This document shows, in pieces, positions 1-8,093 of a stretch of DNA of 46,621 nt. A program made the translations under genes and the position numbers. The stretch is from Clostridia bacterium (GTDB lineage Bacteria > Bacillota > Clostridia > Oscillospirales > CAG-272), in contig JAFTQT010000078.1 of the NCBI GenBank assembly GCA_017462615.1, positions 1-46,621 on the forward strand. The letters run 5' to 3'. The notes under the pieces are model-generated. The model made no database searches. It had not been told where the DNA came from and saw only the letters and a program-made list of their open reading frames with translations. The first letter of the stretch is position 1. Each line of letters begins with the position of its first letter.

Positions 1-1
1 C

Positions 2-3000
2 TTCAAGGCAGCAGTCGCAGCTGGCGGCGAAATCACCCTGACGGATAATATCACGCTTGACGCGGGCATTATCATCGACAAGGACGTTACCATCAACGGT
101 AACGGCAACACCATCACCTTTACGGCGGGTACCGCGCTGGAGACTCCCATTTGCAATAGTGCAGATGCTTCTCCCGCTGTACGCACAGTAGAGAGTTATG
201 CCTTCAACCTGGTAGGCGGCACCGTTGTGTTCAACAATGTGACCGTTTCCGTGCCTGTTTACACGGCACCTGCCGAGGGCGAGGAGGAAGTTCCCGCCGT
301 CAAGACCGGTATCTTCGTGTTCACCGGTGCGGCTGACGTGACCTTCAATACGGTTGTGACCGATCAAGGTTACATCACCGTGATGTTTGGCGCACCCGGC
401 AAGCTGACCGTAAACGAGGGCACCAGCTTGGGCGCCAGCGGCTACCTCAATTATGCACTGGGCTCCTCTAAGGACGCTCAGAACGCCGAGACCGGCGTCG
501 CTCCCACCGTTGTGATCACCGGTGGTACCATCTCTAACGAGACCACCGTTTTATCCGGTGACTTGGCTCGCTTTGACTCGAGCGTCAATATGACTATCTC
601 CGGCGGTACTTTTGTCTCCCGCAGTGACGCTATTTACATTAGCGGCGCTGCAACGACTGCCGCTTCCATCAAGATGACGGCCGGTACTGTTGACGCTGCT
701 GCTTCCGCTTTCAACATGTACGGTCCCGTTTCTTTGGAAATCACCGGCGGTACCGTGACAAAGAACATCAAGTACCAGGGCACCGCCACGGCAAAGATCG
801 AGAACCTGACTATGGAGTCCGGTGCTTTGGTCACCATCGGCGGTACCGGCAACGTTACTGTCAAGAATCTGATCATGGTGTCTCAGACCTGCTTTAGCAT
901 CAGCGGCTCTGGTGCCATCGTCATTGATGATTGTACCATGACAGGTAACGGCTCCGGCGGCGCGATCTATATTGCCAGCGCCAATGCCAAGAACGTTACC
1001 GTCAAGAACTCCAGAATCTACAGCTTCCGTGGTCTGCGCTTTTCCGCAGCGGTTACCGGTGGTACTTACACCATTGAGAACTGTACCTACCGCCCCCAGT
1101 ATACCGGCACTGTAGATACGATTAGCGACTACTGCACCGCCGGTTTGCTGATTGGTTACTCTAGCGACATTACATCTGCCAACTGTACCTTTAATGTTAT
1201 TGGTTGTAATATCAGCAACCTCGAGTACGGTACCGGTGAGACCCTTGCTTCTGTGAGCAAGACGGGTGCATCGTATGTTTTTGTTGACTTTGCCAGCTCC
1301 GGCAACGCTTGGAAGTTTGATGGCTGCAACATCAATTGGAACAACAGCACCTACACCTTCTGTGCTTACAAGAACGTTAATCTGACGCTGATCGACTGCA
1401 CCGTAACCGCCACCTCTACCCTGTCTGCCAGCACTGGCACGGGCGGTATGTTCCAGAACAACCAGGCCGGCGTTCTGACCATCACCGGCGGTACCTACAC
1501 CTACACCGGTAACCGTCCCCTGCTGCGTGTTTCCGACAGTAACCTTACCGTCAACATTGACGGCGCTACCTTCATCAACAACGGTCCCAGCTACCTGTTC
1601 ATGCTGAACAACGGTAAGTTGAATATCCAGAACGCTACTCTGACCCAGAAAGGCGAGGCCATCGCAATCATGCTGGTCGACGCAACCAGCGGTCCCCTTA
1701 ACCTTAAGGATTCCTCCGTTGAGGCCTGCGAGGGTTATGTGGCTATGGATATTTGGGGCACGCACGATGTTATTGCTAACAATGTAGTGGTTGAGGGTAC
1801 TATCCAAATTGCAGAGACCCGCACCACGGTTGTAACGCTCGTCGACGTTGTTTATGACGAGTTGATTGACACCAACGGCATTGCTGAGATCACCACCACC
1901 AAGGTGACGTATTTCGAGATCGGCGGTGTGAAGTATACCTGGGATGAGGTTGTGGCCAACCTCAAGACGGGTGACACCGTTACCATTGTCGGTGCTGTTG
2001 ACTGGCCGCTTGACCTTAGTACCGAGGTTGTTTTCACCATTGATTTCAACGGCTACGTCGTTCCCGCTCCCGTCTTCTACGCACACACCAACGTTACCTT
2101 TAAGAACTTTAACCTCACCGTTGCCTCCGGCCATACCCTGACCATTCCCGCAGGTGCCACCCTCACCCTTGGAGAGGGGTGTGTGGTTACCAACACTAAC
2201 TTTGGTGTACTGGCAGCTGCCGGTACCAGTGCTACCTCCGCAGGTGGCTGTGCCATCAATAATAGCGGTAATTTGACAATCAACGACGGTGCTACCATCA
2301 ACGGTACCATCTACGCCGGCGGCGTAGTCGTCATCAACGGCGGTACCTTCCGCAACGGCTCTTACACTCACCACCGCGCCGACAAGTCTCTGGTATTCAT
2401 GAACGGTACCGGTGATCTGACCATCAACGGCGGTGACTTTGAAGCTACCTTTGATGCATATCAGGGTGACGGCGAGGCCAACAGCTTGATCTGCAACAAC
2501 GACGGTAATGCGAACGTTACCATCACCGGCGGTACCTTTACTGCCCACGGCGGTCACGCTGCTTACCTCTATTCCAACAGCTCTGTTATCATCACCGGCG
2601 GTACCTTCACCACCGATATGACCGACAAGGCTCCTCTTTACATCGGTGCGATGCACGGCAAACGCTATGATGCTTCCAGAGCCACCGAGCTGAAGAACTT
2701 CACCACCAACGGCGGCTCCTGCGGCGTGCAGTTCACAATCCTCTACGAGTGGCACTTTACCGTTGAGAACGTAACTGTGAACAACGCTGCTAAGTACGTG
2801 TTTATGGTTGACAATGCCGCAAGTGCCAGCGCTTCCACCGTTACCTTCAAGGGCGGCCGTTACACCCTCACCGGTGAGACTGCCGACGCTGCTGTGCTCT
2901 ACGTTGGTGCCAATGCTAACGTCACTCTGAACGGCGTTATGTTCATCAACGACAACGCTACCAGCACTGCTGCGATCCTTGCCTCCGGCGAGACTGCAAA

Positions 3001-3745
3001 CGTCACGCTTACCAACGTGATCGTGCTTGCCAACAACGGTGCCGCTTACAAGACTGATACCGAGACCGTTAACTTCGGCTCCGCTTCTGTGAAGTATGGC
3101 GGCGACTCCTACAAGCTCTGGATGTCCAACGCTGGTGATACCACCGACGAGGCTCTGAAGCTCGACAACGGCGCATCCGTTCGCGTTGACGCAACTGCAG
3201 AGATGACCGGTATCCGCTTCACCGGCTCCGCTACCAAGGTTGAGGGTGCTGTTTACGGCATCATCATCGCTCCCGCTGACTACGTGGCTGCTGCCGGCGC
3301 CTTCACCAAGGAGGCTCTGGACACTTGGGCTGCTGCCAAGAGCATTGCTGTTCCTTACGTCATGGCTGAGGCTCAGAAGAGCTTGCACGACAATGGTGAC
3401 GGCACTGTGTCCTTCAGCGTGGCTCTCGTAGATATCCAGTCCGGCAACTACGACCGCAGCTTCGCAGCTGTTCCTTACGTTACCGTTAACGACGAGACTA
3501 CCTACGGCGATTACGATTCTACCAACAACGCCCGCTCCATGAAGAGCGTTGCAACCGAGGCTCTGGCTGACCTGCTGACCGATGCGGAGCATTCCGAGTT
3601 GGGTAACACGGATGCGGATAAGGCTGCAAAGTACATTCGCACTATCACTATCGCTGCAGGCGAGGTTGAAGGTAAGGAAGCAGGGACCTACCACTCCCAG
3701 TACTCTGCTGATCAGCGCACTGCTCTGAAGGCTTATATTGGCTGA
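2..3745 (+). CDS. Large cell-surface protein with beta-helix-like repeats, 5'-truncated by the window
   Basis: The frame is open from position 2 (FKAAVAAGGEITLTDNITLD...), so the ORF-track start at 227 is internal. The protein is T/G/A/N/V-rich with recurrent 'ITGGTF'/'INGGTF' units. It has a distinct C-terminal domain (GASVR..GIRF..YGIIIAP..FAAVPYV..RSMKSVA) and strong codon bias (GGT/GCT/ACC/AAC). Confidence 0.85.
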   Translation, partial: FKAAVAAGGEITLTDNITLDAGIIIDKDVTINGNGNTITFTAGTALETPICNSADASPAVRTVESYAFNLVGGTVVFNNVTVSVPVYTAPAEGEEEVPAVKTGIFVFTGAADVTFNTVVTDQGYITVMFGAPGKLTVNEGTSLGASGYLNYALGSSKDAQNAETGVAPTVVITGGTISNETTVLSGDLARFDSSVNMTISGGTFVSRSDAIYISGAATTAASIKMTAGTVDAAASAFNMYGPVSLEITGGTVTKNIKYQGTATAKIENLTMESGALVTIGGTGNVTVKNLIMVSQTCFSISGSGAIVIDDCTMTGNGSGGAIYIASANAKNVTVKNSRIYSFRGLRFSAAVTGGTYTIENCTYRPQYTGTVDTISDYCTAGLLIGYSSDITSANCTFNVIGCNISNLEYGTGETLASVSKTGASYVFVDFASSGNAWKFDGCNINWNNSTYTFCAYKNVNLTLIDCTVTATSTLSASTGTGGMFQNNQAGVLTITGGTYTYTGNRPLLRVSDSNLTVNIDGATFINNGPSYLFMLNNGKLNIQNATLTQKGEAIAIMLVDATSGPLNLKDSSVEACEGYVAMDIWGTHDVIANNVVVEGTIQIAETRTTVVTLVDVVYDELIDTNGIAEITTTKVTYFEIGGVKYTWDEVVANLKTGDTVTIVGAVDWPLDLSTEVVFTIDFNGYVVPAPVFYAHTNVTFKNFNLTVASGHTLTIPAGATLTLGEGCVVTNTNFGVLAAAGTSATSAGGCAINNSGNLTINDGATINGTIYAGGVVVINGGTFRNGSYTHHRADKSLVFMNGTGDLTINGGDFEATFDAYQGDGEANSLICNNDGNANVTITGGTFTAHGGHAAYLYSNSSVIITGGTFTTDMTDKAPLYIGAMHGKRYDASRATELKNFTTNGGSCGVQFTILYEWHFTVENVTVNNAAKYVFMVDNAASASASTVTFKGGRYTLTGETADAAVLYVGANANVTLNGVMFINDNATSTAAILASGETANVTLTNVIVLANNGAAYKTDTETVNFGSASVKYGGDSYKLWMSNAGDTTDEALKLDNGASVRVDATAEMTGIRFTGSATKVEGAVYGIIIAPADYVAAAGAFTKEALDTWAAAKSIAVPYVMAEAQKSLHDNGDGTVSFSVALVDIQSGNYDRSFAAVPYVTVNDETTYGDYDSTNNARSMKSVATEALADLLTDAEHSELGNTDADKAAKYIRTITIAAGEVEGKEAGTYHSQYSADQRTALKAYIG

Positions 3746-3769
3746 GCCTTAGTTGATCGATTCAATACC

Positions 3770-3798
3770 CCTGCCGCGCTGCTGCGCAGCGCGGCGGG
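3770..3798 (+). other. GC-rich intergenic stem-loop without a U-tract (possible mRNA-stabilising hairpin)
   Basis: cctgccgcgctgc-tgc-gcagcgcggcggg, a 13-bp stem with one G-U pair, lying between the surface-protein stop and the small-peptide RBS. Confidence 0.5.
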
Positions 3799-3836
3799 TT
3801 CCCGAGCCCCTTAATTCTTAAAGGAGGATATTTTTG

Positions 3837-3965
3837 ATGAAAATGAATTATGAAGCGCCTGTCATGGAGCTGATCTATTTCCGCTCGGAGGACATTTTGG
3901 TAGCTTCGGATTTGGATGATGTTATCAGTGGCAGAAACTTTACTGATGAGATGGCCGAGATGTAA
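3837..3965 (+). CDS. 42-aa small peptide with a YxxP leader-like motif (MKMNYEAPVMELIYFRSEDILVASDLDDVISGRNFTDEMAEM)
   Basis: Strong RBS AAAGGAGG at 3820-3827, ATG at 3837, TAA at 3963-3965, followed by a terminator. It is below the ORF-track length cut-off. Confidence 0.8.
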   Translation: MKMNYEAPVMELIYFRSEDILVASDLDDVISGRNFTDEMAEM

Positions 3966-4005
3966 TCCTGTTAAGGCTTTTACACCCTTCCAACGAAGCG
4001 ACAAT

Positions 4006-4037
4006 AAAAAGAACCGCACATCGTGCGGTTCTTTTTT
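4006..4037. terminator. Intrinsic terminator (potentially bidirectional)
   Basis: aaaaagaaccgcac-atc-gtgcggttctttttt. Confidence 0.85.
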
Positions 4038-4064
4038 GTCTTGGGTGTTTTGGCTTCGCCACGG

Positions 4065-4313
4065 GTGCGCCGCCGGGGGTGGGGCGTGTGGCGGGCGCTT
4101 CGTGAAGCGCCCCTACAGGTCATAATAAAATTTTATGCGTAGCGGGTGTGCGTCGTGGATGCGGGAGGAGCAAGCCCCTCCCCTACCGGCGAGATATCGT
4201 TTTGTGCGCCGCCGGGGGTGGGTCGCGGATACACCTCATCCGTCACCTGCGGTGACACCTTCCCCTCAAGGGGAAGGCTATGTTAGATGGCGAGACACTG
4301 TGCGCCGCCGGGG
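4065..4313. repeat. Composite REP-like palindromic repeat cluster
   Basis: Three copies of gtgcgccgccgggg (4065, 4204, 4300). Two hairpins end in CTAC, i.e. GTAG on the minus strand (4092-4116, 4162-4186). A double hairpin gtcacc-tgc-ggtgac / ccttcccct-ca-aggggaagg lies at about 4242-4277. Confidence 0.7.
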
Positions 4314-4364
4314 AAAATAAAAAAGCCTCTCCGTGTGAAGGGGTAGAAAATTTCAGCAAAGGTA

Positions 4365-4394
4365 TTGACATTATGATGCAATGCGTGATATAAT
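4365..4394 (+). promoter_or_regulatory. Sigma-A promoter of the putative antitoxin RNA
   Basis: TTGACA (4365-4370), 18-nt spacer, extended -10 TGaTATAAT (4386-4394). Confidence 0.8.
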
Positions 4395-4400
4395 AATAAC

Positions 4401-4485
4401 GCAGGGCACCGATGACGGTTGCTTCCTCTGCAGCAATTAAAAGATAACCGCTATGTTTGGGAAGGCAGGGCGGTTATCTTTTTTT
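4401..4485 (+). ncRNA. Putative type I antitoxin sRNA (about 85 nt; ends approximate)
   Basis: A consensus promoter is followed by a short stretch with no evident RBS/ORF that ends in a terminator. It is convergent with, and overlaps the 3' end of, the 29-aa hydrophobic peptide gene. Confidence 0.65.
4439..4485. terminator. Bidirectional terminator shared by the sRNA and the toxin gene
   Basis: aaaagataaccgc (4439-4451) pairs with gcggttatctttt (4470-4482), with A/T tracts on both sides. Confidence 0.75.
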
Positions 4486-4563
4486 GTTTTGTATAAAACA
4501 AGATATAATGGCAACTACAAGCATAGCAATTTGGATCAAATTGCTCCAAGTAACATACTCCAT
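4474..4563 (-). CDS. Putative type I toxin, 29-aa single-TM peptide (MEYVTWSNLIQIAMLVVAIISCFIQNKKR)
   Basis: RBS GGAGGTGA before ATG 4563. Hydrophobic core plus basic KKR tail, own consensus promoter, and a structured 5' UTR of about 100 nt. Not in the ORF track. Confidence 0.8.
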   Translation of the reverse strand: MEYVTWSNLIQIAMLVVAIISCFIQNKKR

Positions 4564-4671
4564 TCTATCACCTCCCTCCAGCGAGGAAGGCAAAAGATCT
4601 GACTTCCTCGTGATCGGGGAAGCAACCGCCACCATTCAATGGTGCTCTGCGGGTACCGTAGTACCGGGAGT

Positions 4672-4700
4672 ATTATACCATAATTGGCGGATGTTGTCAA
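4672..4700 (-). promoter_or_regulatory. Sigma-A promoter of the putative toxin mRNA
   Basis: Minus strand: TTGACA (4700-4695), 17-nt spacer, TGgTATAAT (4680-4672). Confidence 0.8.
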
Positions 4701-4714
4701 GAGTGGGGAGAGGG

Positions 4715-4795
4715 GAATGCAGAATGAGGTTGCAACGCACATTGTGCGCCGTCGCCTCATTCTGCATTCTACATTCTGCATTCTGCATTCTGCAT
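4715..4795. repeat. Heptamer tandem repeat (CATTCTG x5) with an inverted partner
   Basis: cattctg-cattcta-cattctg-cattctg-cattctg at 4758-4792. The upstream gaatgcagaatgagg (4715-4729) is complementary to cctcattctgcattc. Confidence 0.8.
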
Positions 4796-4825
4796 CGTTC
4801 AAAGGTTTTGGTGAGGGTTGGTGAA

Positions 4826-4896
4826 TTCTTTTTTCGCGTAGGCGAAAAAAGAAGAGGAAGGGAGCCCCTTTTGCAAAAGGGGCTCCCTTCCTTTTT
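4826..4896. terminator. Two tandem hairpins downstream of ppa (likely terminator)
   Basis: ttcttttttcgc-gtag-gcgaaaaaagaa (4826-4853) and aggaagggagcccctttt-gc-aaaaggggctcccttcct (4855-4892). Confidence 0.65.
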
Positions 4897-4905
4897 CAAT
4901 TTTCC

Positions 4906-5439
4906 TTACTCCTTAACAAACTTTTCGTTATAGGCGTCGATACATTCGGCAATGATGCGCTCGGCCTCCTCGCGGTCAAACAGAGTCTTGACGGCGGTCT
5001 GCTTGTTTTCCAGCTGCTTGTAAACCGAGAAAAAGTGCATGATCTCGTCAAAAATGTGAGGGGGCATTTCATCAATGGAGCGGATGTGATTGTAGGTGGG
5101 ATCGGAGAAGGGGATGCAAATGATCTTATCGTCTACGTGGCCGTCATCCAGCATACGCATGACGCCGATGGGGTACACGCGTACCAGCGTCAGAGGCTGA
5201 ATGGGGCGGTTGCAGAGCACCAGCACATCCAGAGGGTCGCCGTCATCGGCATAAGTACGGGGGATGAAGCCGTAGTTGGCAGGGTAGTGGGTGGAGGTGT
5301 ACAGCACGCGGTCAAGGCGCAGGAGACCGGTGTATTTGTCCAGCTCGTACTTGCATTGGCTGTCCTTGGAGATCTCAATGACGCAGGAAAAATCGTTGGG
5401 GGTGATCTGCGCGGGGTCCATATCGTGCCAGATGTTCAT
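4906..5439 (-). CDS. ppa: Family I soluble inorganic pyrophosphatase
   Basis: KYELDK, YPANYGFIPRT, DGDPLDVLV and DDKII motifs; RBS AGGAGG. Confidence 0.95.
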   Translation of the reverse strand: MNIWHDMDPAQITPNDFSCVIEISKDSQCKYELDKYTGLLRLDRVLYTSTHYPANYGFIPRTYADDGDPLDVLVLCNRPIQPLTLVRVYPIGVMRMLDDGHVDDKIICIPFSDPTYNHIRSIDEMPPHIFDEIMHFFSVYKQLENKQTAVKTLFDREEAERIIAECIDAYNEKFVKE

Positions 5440-5451
5440 AATAAATCCTCC

Positions 5452-6741
5452 TTATTTAATAAACTCAAATTCAAAATCGTAAATGTTGACGGTATGGCCG
5501 TCGGTGCAGCCCTTGTCCTCCAGCAGCTTGATGACGCCGTGGCGGATCAGCGCCCGCTGGAAGTAGGTGAGGGACTCGTAATTGTCGAAATTGGTGCGCC
5601 CCATCAGGTCGATGAGCCACTTGCCCTCCACAAAGAAGGTGTTGTTCTCCCGGCGTACGGTGGTCTCCAGCACGGCGGCGGGGTCGATATCCTCCTCGGC
5701 CACCTCGCTTTCAAATACGGTGAGGGGCGGCAGATCGCGGAGACGCTCGGCCACGGTTTTCACCAGGGTATCGAGATTTTCGCCCGTGACGGCGGAAACG
5801 TACAGCAGCTCCCAGCCGTTTTCACGCACGAAGGCCTCGAAGGCGGGGATATCCACCAGCTCCTCGTCGATGGAGTCGCATTTGTTGGCTACGATGATCT
5901 GGGGGCGGGTGGCCAGCTGCTCGCTGTAGCGGGCAAGCTCGTGATTGATGGCACGGATGTCCTCCTTGGGGTCGCGCCCCTCGGCGGCGGAGATATCCAC
6001 CACGTGCAGCAGCAGCCGACAGCGCTCCACATGCCGCAGGAAGGCGTGACCGAGGCCCGCGCCGTCTGCCGCACCCTCAATGAGGCCGGGAATATCGGCG
6101 GCAACGAACCCTGCCTCGCCGCCGGTACGCACCACACCCAGATTGGGAGAAAGGGTGGTGAAGTGGTAGGCGGCGATCTTCGGGCGCGCCGAGCTGATGC
6201 GGGAAAGAATGGAGGATTTGCCCACGCTGGGCATACCGATAAGGCCCACGTCGGCCAGCATCTTCAGCTCCAATATCAGTTCTCGCTCCTCGCCCTTGGT
6301 GCCGTTTTTGGCGAACATGGGCACTTGACGGGTGGGGGTGGCAAAGTGCTTGTTGCCCCAGCCGCCGCGTCCGCCGCGGCAGCAGATGAAGGGCTCTTCG
6401 TCGGACATATCCTTGATGATCTTGCCCGTTTCTGCATCGCGGATCAGCGTGCCTGCGGGCACCAGGATCACCACGTCCTCGGCGGTGGCGCCGTGGAATT
6501 TCTCGCCGCTGCCGTTGCCGCCGTTTTTGGCCACGAATTTGCGGTGGTCGCGGAAAAAGAGCAGCGTGGTGGCACCGGGATCGACCTTGAAGACGATGTT
6601 ACCGCCGTGGCCGCCGTCGCCGCCGGAGGGGCCGCCCTTGGAAACGTATTTCTCGCGGTGGAAGGCTACGGCACCGTCGCCGCCGTCACCGGCCTTGACG
6701 TAAATTTTGGTTTTGTCTATGATTCTCTCGGCATCACGCAT
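5452..6741 (-). CDS. obg: GTPase ObgE/CgtA
   Basis: Gly-rich Obg fold (KAGDGGDG, GGPSGGDGG), GMPSVGKS, FTTL, DIPG, NKCD, and a Firmicutes-type C-terminal domain. The start overlaps the der stop. Confidence 0.96.
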   Translation of the reverse strand: MRDAERIIDKTKIYVKAGDGGDGAVAFHREKYVSKGGPSGGDGGHGGNIVFKVDPGATTLLFFRDHRKFVAKNGGNGSGEKFHGATAEDVVILVPAGTLIRDAETGKIIKDMSDEEPFICCRGGRGGWGNKHFATPTRQVPMFAKNGTKGEERELILELKMLADVGLIGMPSVGKSSILSRISSARPKIAAYHFTTLSPNLGVVRTGGEAGFVAADIPGLIEGAADGAGLGHAFLRHVERCRLLLHVVDISAAEGRDPKEDIRAINHELARYSEQLATRPQIIVANKCDSIDEELVDIPAFEAFVRENGWELLYVSAVTGENLDTLVKTVAERLRDLPPLTVFESEVAEEDIDPAAVLETTVRRENNTFFVEGKWLIDLMGRTNFDNYESLTYFQRALIRHGVIKLLEDKGCTDGHTVNIYDFEFEFIK

Positions 6742-8071
6742 CGGGTACCTCCTCGCCTTTCTGGCGGATGATCAGCTTAATGGGCGTGCCCCGGAAGCCA
6801 AAGGTCTCCCGCAGGCAGTTTTCGATATAGCGCTGGTAGGAGAAGTGGAACAGCTCCGCATTGTTGCAGAAAATGACGAAGGTGGGGGGCGCGACCTTGA
6901 TCTGGGTCATGTAGTAGACCTTCAGGCGGCGACCCTTGTCAGAGGGGGGCTGCACCTTGGTGGTGGCGTCGCCCAGCACGTCGTTGAGCATGCCGGTGGA
7001 AACGCGCATGCGAGACTGATTGTAAACGTATAGAATGTGCTCGAAAATATTGGGGATGCGCTGACCGGTTTTGGCGGAGACGAAAAGGAGGGGGGCGTAC
7101 TGCATATAGCCAAGGGCTTCATAGACCCGTTTGGTGTATTCGTTGACGGTGCTGTTGTCCTTTTCCACTGTGTCCCATTTGTTGACCAGGATGATGCAGG
7201 CCTTGCCCGCCTCGTGCGCAATGCCCGCAATGCGCTCGTCCTGCTCGGTGACGCCCTCGGCGGCATCGATCATAATGAGGCACACGTCGGCGCGCTCCAC
7301 CGCCATGTGGGCGCGCAGCACGCTGTATTTCTCAATGGCGTCGTTCACCTTGGACTGGCGGCGGATGCCGGCGGTGTCGATGAAGGTAAACTTGCCGTAT
7401 TCGTTTTCCATCTGGGTGTCAACGGCATCGCGGGTGGTGCCGGCAATGTCGGATACGATGACGCGCTGGCTGCCCACAAAGCGGTTGATGATAGAGGACT
7501 TGCCCGCGTTGGGCTTGCCGATGACGGCCACCTTGATGCTGTCGTCCTCCTCCTCGTCATTCACTTCGCCGGGGAGCAGCTCCAGCACGGCGTCCAGCAC
7601 GTCGCCGGTGCCGCTGCCGTGGACCGAGGAAACGGCGATGGGGTCGGTATCCAGTCCCAGCTCGTAGAACTCATAAAATTCAAAAGGCAGCGCACCCACG
7701 CGGTCGCACTTGTTGATGGCAAGCACGATGGGCTTGCCGCTTTTTTTCAGCATGACGGCCACGTCGCGGTCGGCGGCGGTGACGCCGGTGCGGATATCGC
7801 AAAGGAAGATGATGACGTCGGCGCTCTCGATGGCCAGCTCTGCCTGGAATTTCATCTGGGAGAGGATCACATCGTTGGTTTTCGGCTCAATGCCGCCGGT
7901 GTCGATAAGGGTCAGCTTTTTGCCGCACCACTCACACTCGCCGTAGATGCGGTCTCGGGTCACGCCGGGGGTGTCCTCCACAATGGAGCGGCGCTCACCG
8001 ATCAGCTTATTGAAAAACGTGCTTTTGCCCACGTTGGGGCGGCCCACGATGGCCACAATGGGTTTTGACAT
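6734..8071 (-). CDS. der: Ribosome biogenesis GTPase Der (EngA)
   Basis: Two G-domains (GRPNVGKS, GKPNAGKS, DTGG/DTAG, NKCD/NKWD) and a KH-like tail (FGFRGTPI). Start moved to MSKPIVAIVG at 8071 (RBS GAGGTG). Confidence 0.96.
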   Translation of the reverse strand: MSKPIVAIVGRPNVGKSTFFNKLIGERRSIVEDTPGVTRDRIYGECEWCGKKLTLIDTGGIEPKTNDVILSQMKFQAELAIESADVIIFLCDIRTGVTAADRDVAVMLKKSGKPIVLAINKCDRVGALPFEFYEFYELGLDTDPIAVSSVHGSGTGDVLDAVLELLPGEVNDEEEDDSIKVAVIGKPNAGKSSIINRFVGSQRVIVSDIAGTTRDAVDTQMENEYGKFTFIDTAGIRRQSKVNDAIEKYSVLRAHMAVERADVCLIMIDAAEGVTEQDERIAGIAHEAGKACIILVNKWDTVEKDNSTVNEYTKRVYEALGYMQYAPLLFVSAKTGQRIPNIFEHILYVYNQSRMRVSTGMLNDVLGDATTKVQPPSDKGRRLKVYYMTQIKVAPPTFVIFCNNAELFHFSYQRYIENCLRETFGFRGTPIKLIIRQKGEEVPDA

Positions 8072-8093
8072 AGGAAGCACCTCGATTCTGTGG

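Noticed and set aside
551-3694. 1047-aa minus-strand ORF
   Set aside because: Antisense shadow of the codon-biased surface protein gene; no recognisable motifs.
4065-4313. CRISPR array
   Set aside because: Repeats are only 14-19 bp with unequal long spacers that are themselves palindromic; no cas genes.
3762-4933. ORF-track ORFs at 3762, 3916, 4135, 4457, 4536 and 4636
   Set aside because: They cross terminators and repeats and lack evident RBSs; the 42-aa and 29-aa ORFs fit the signals better.
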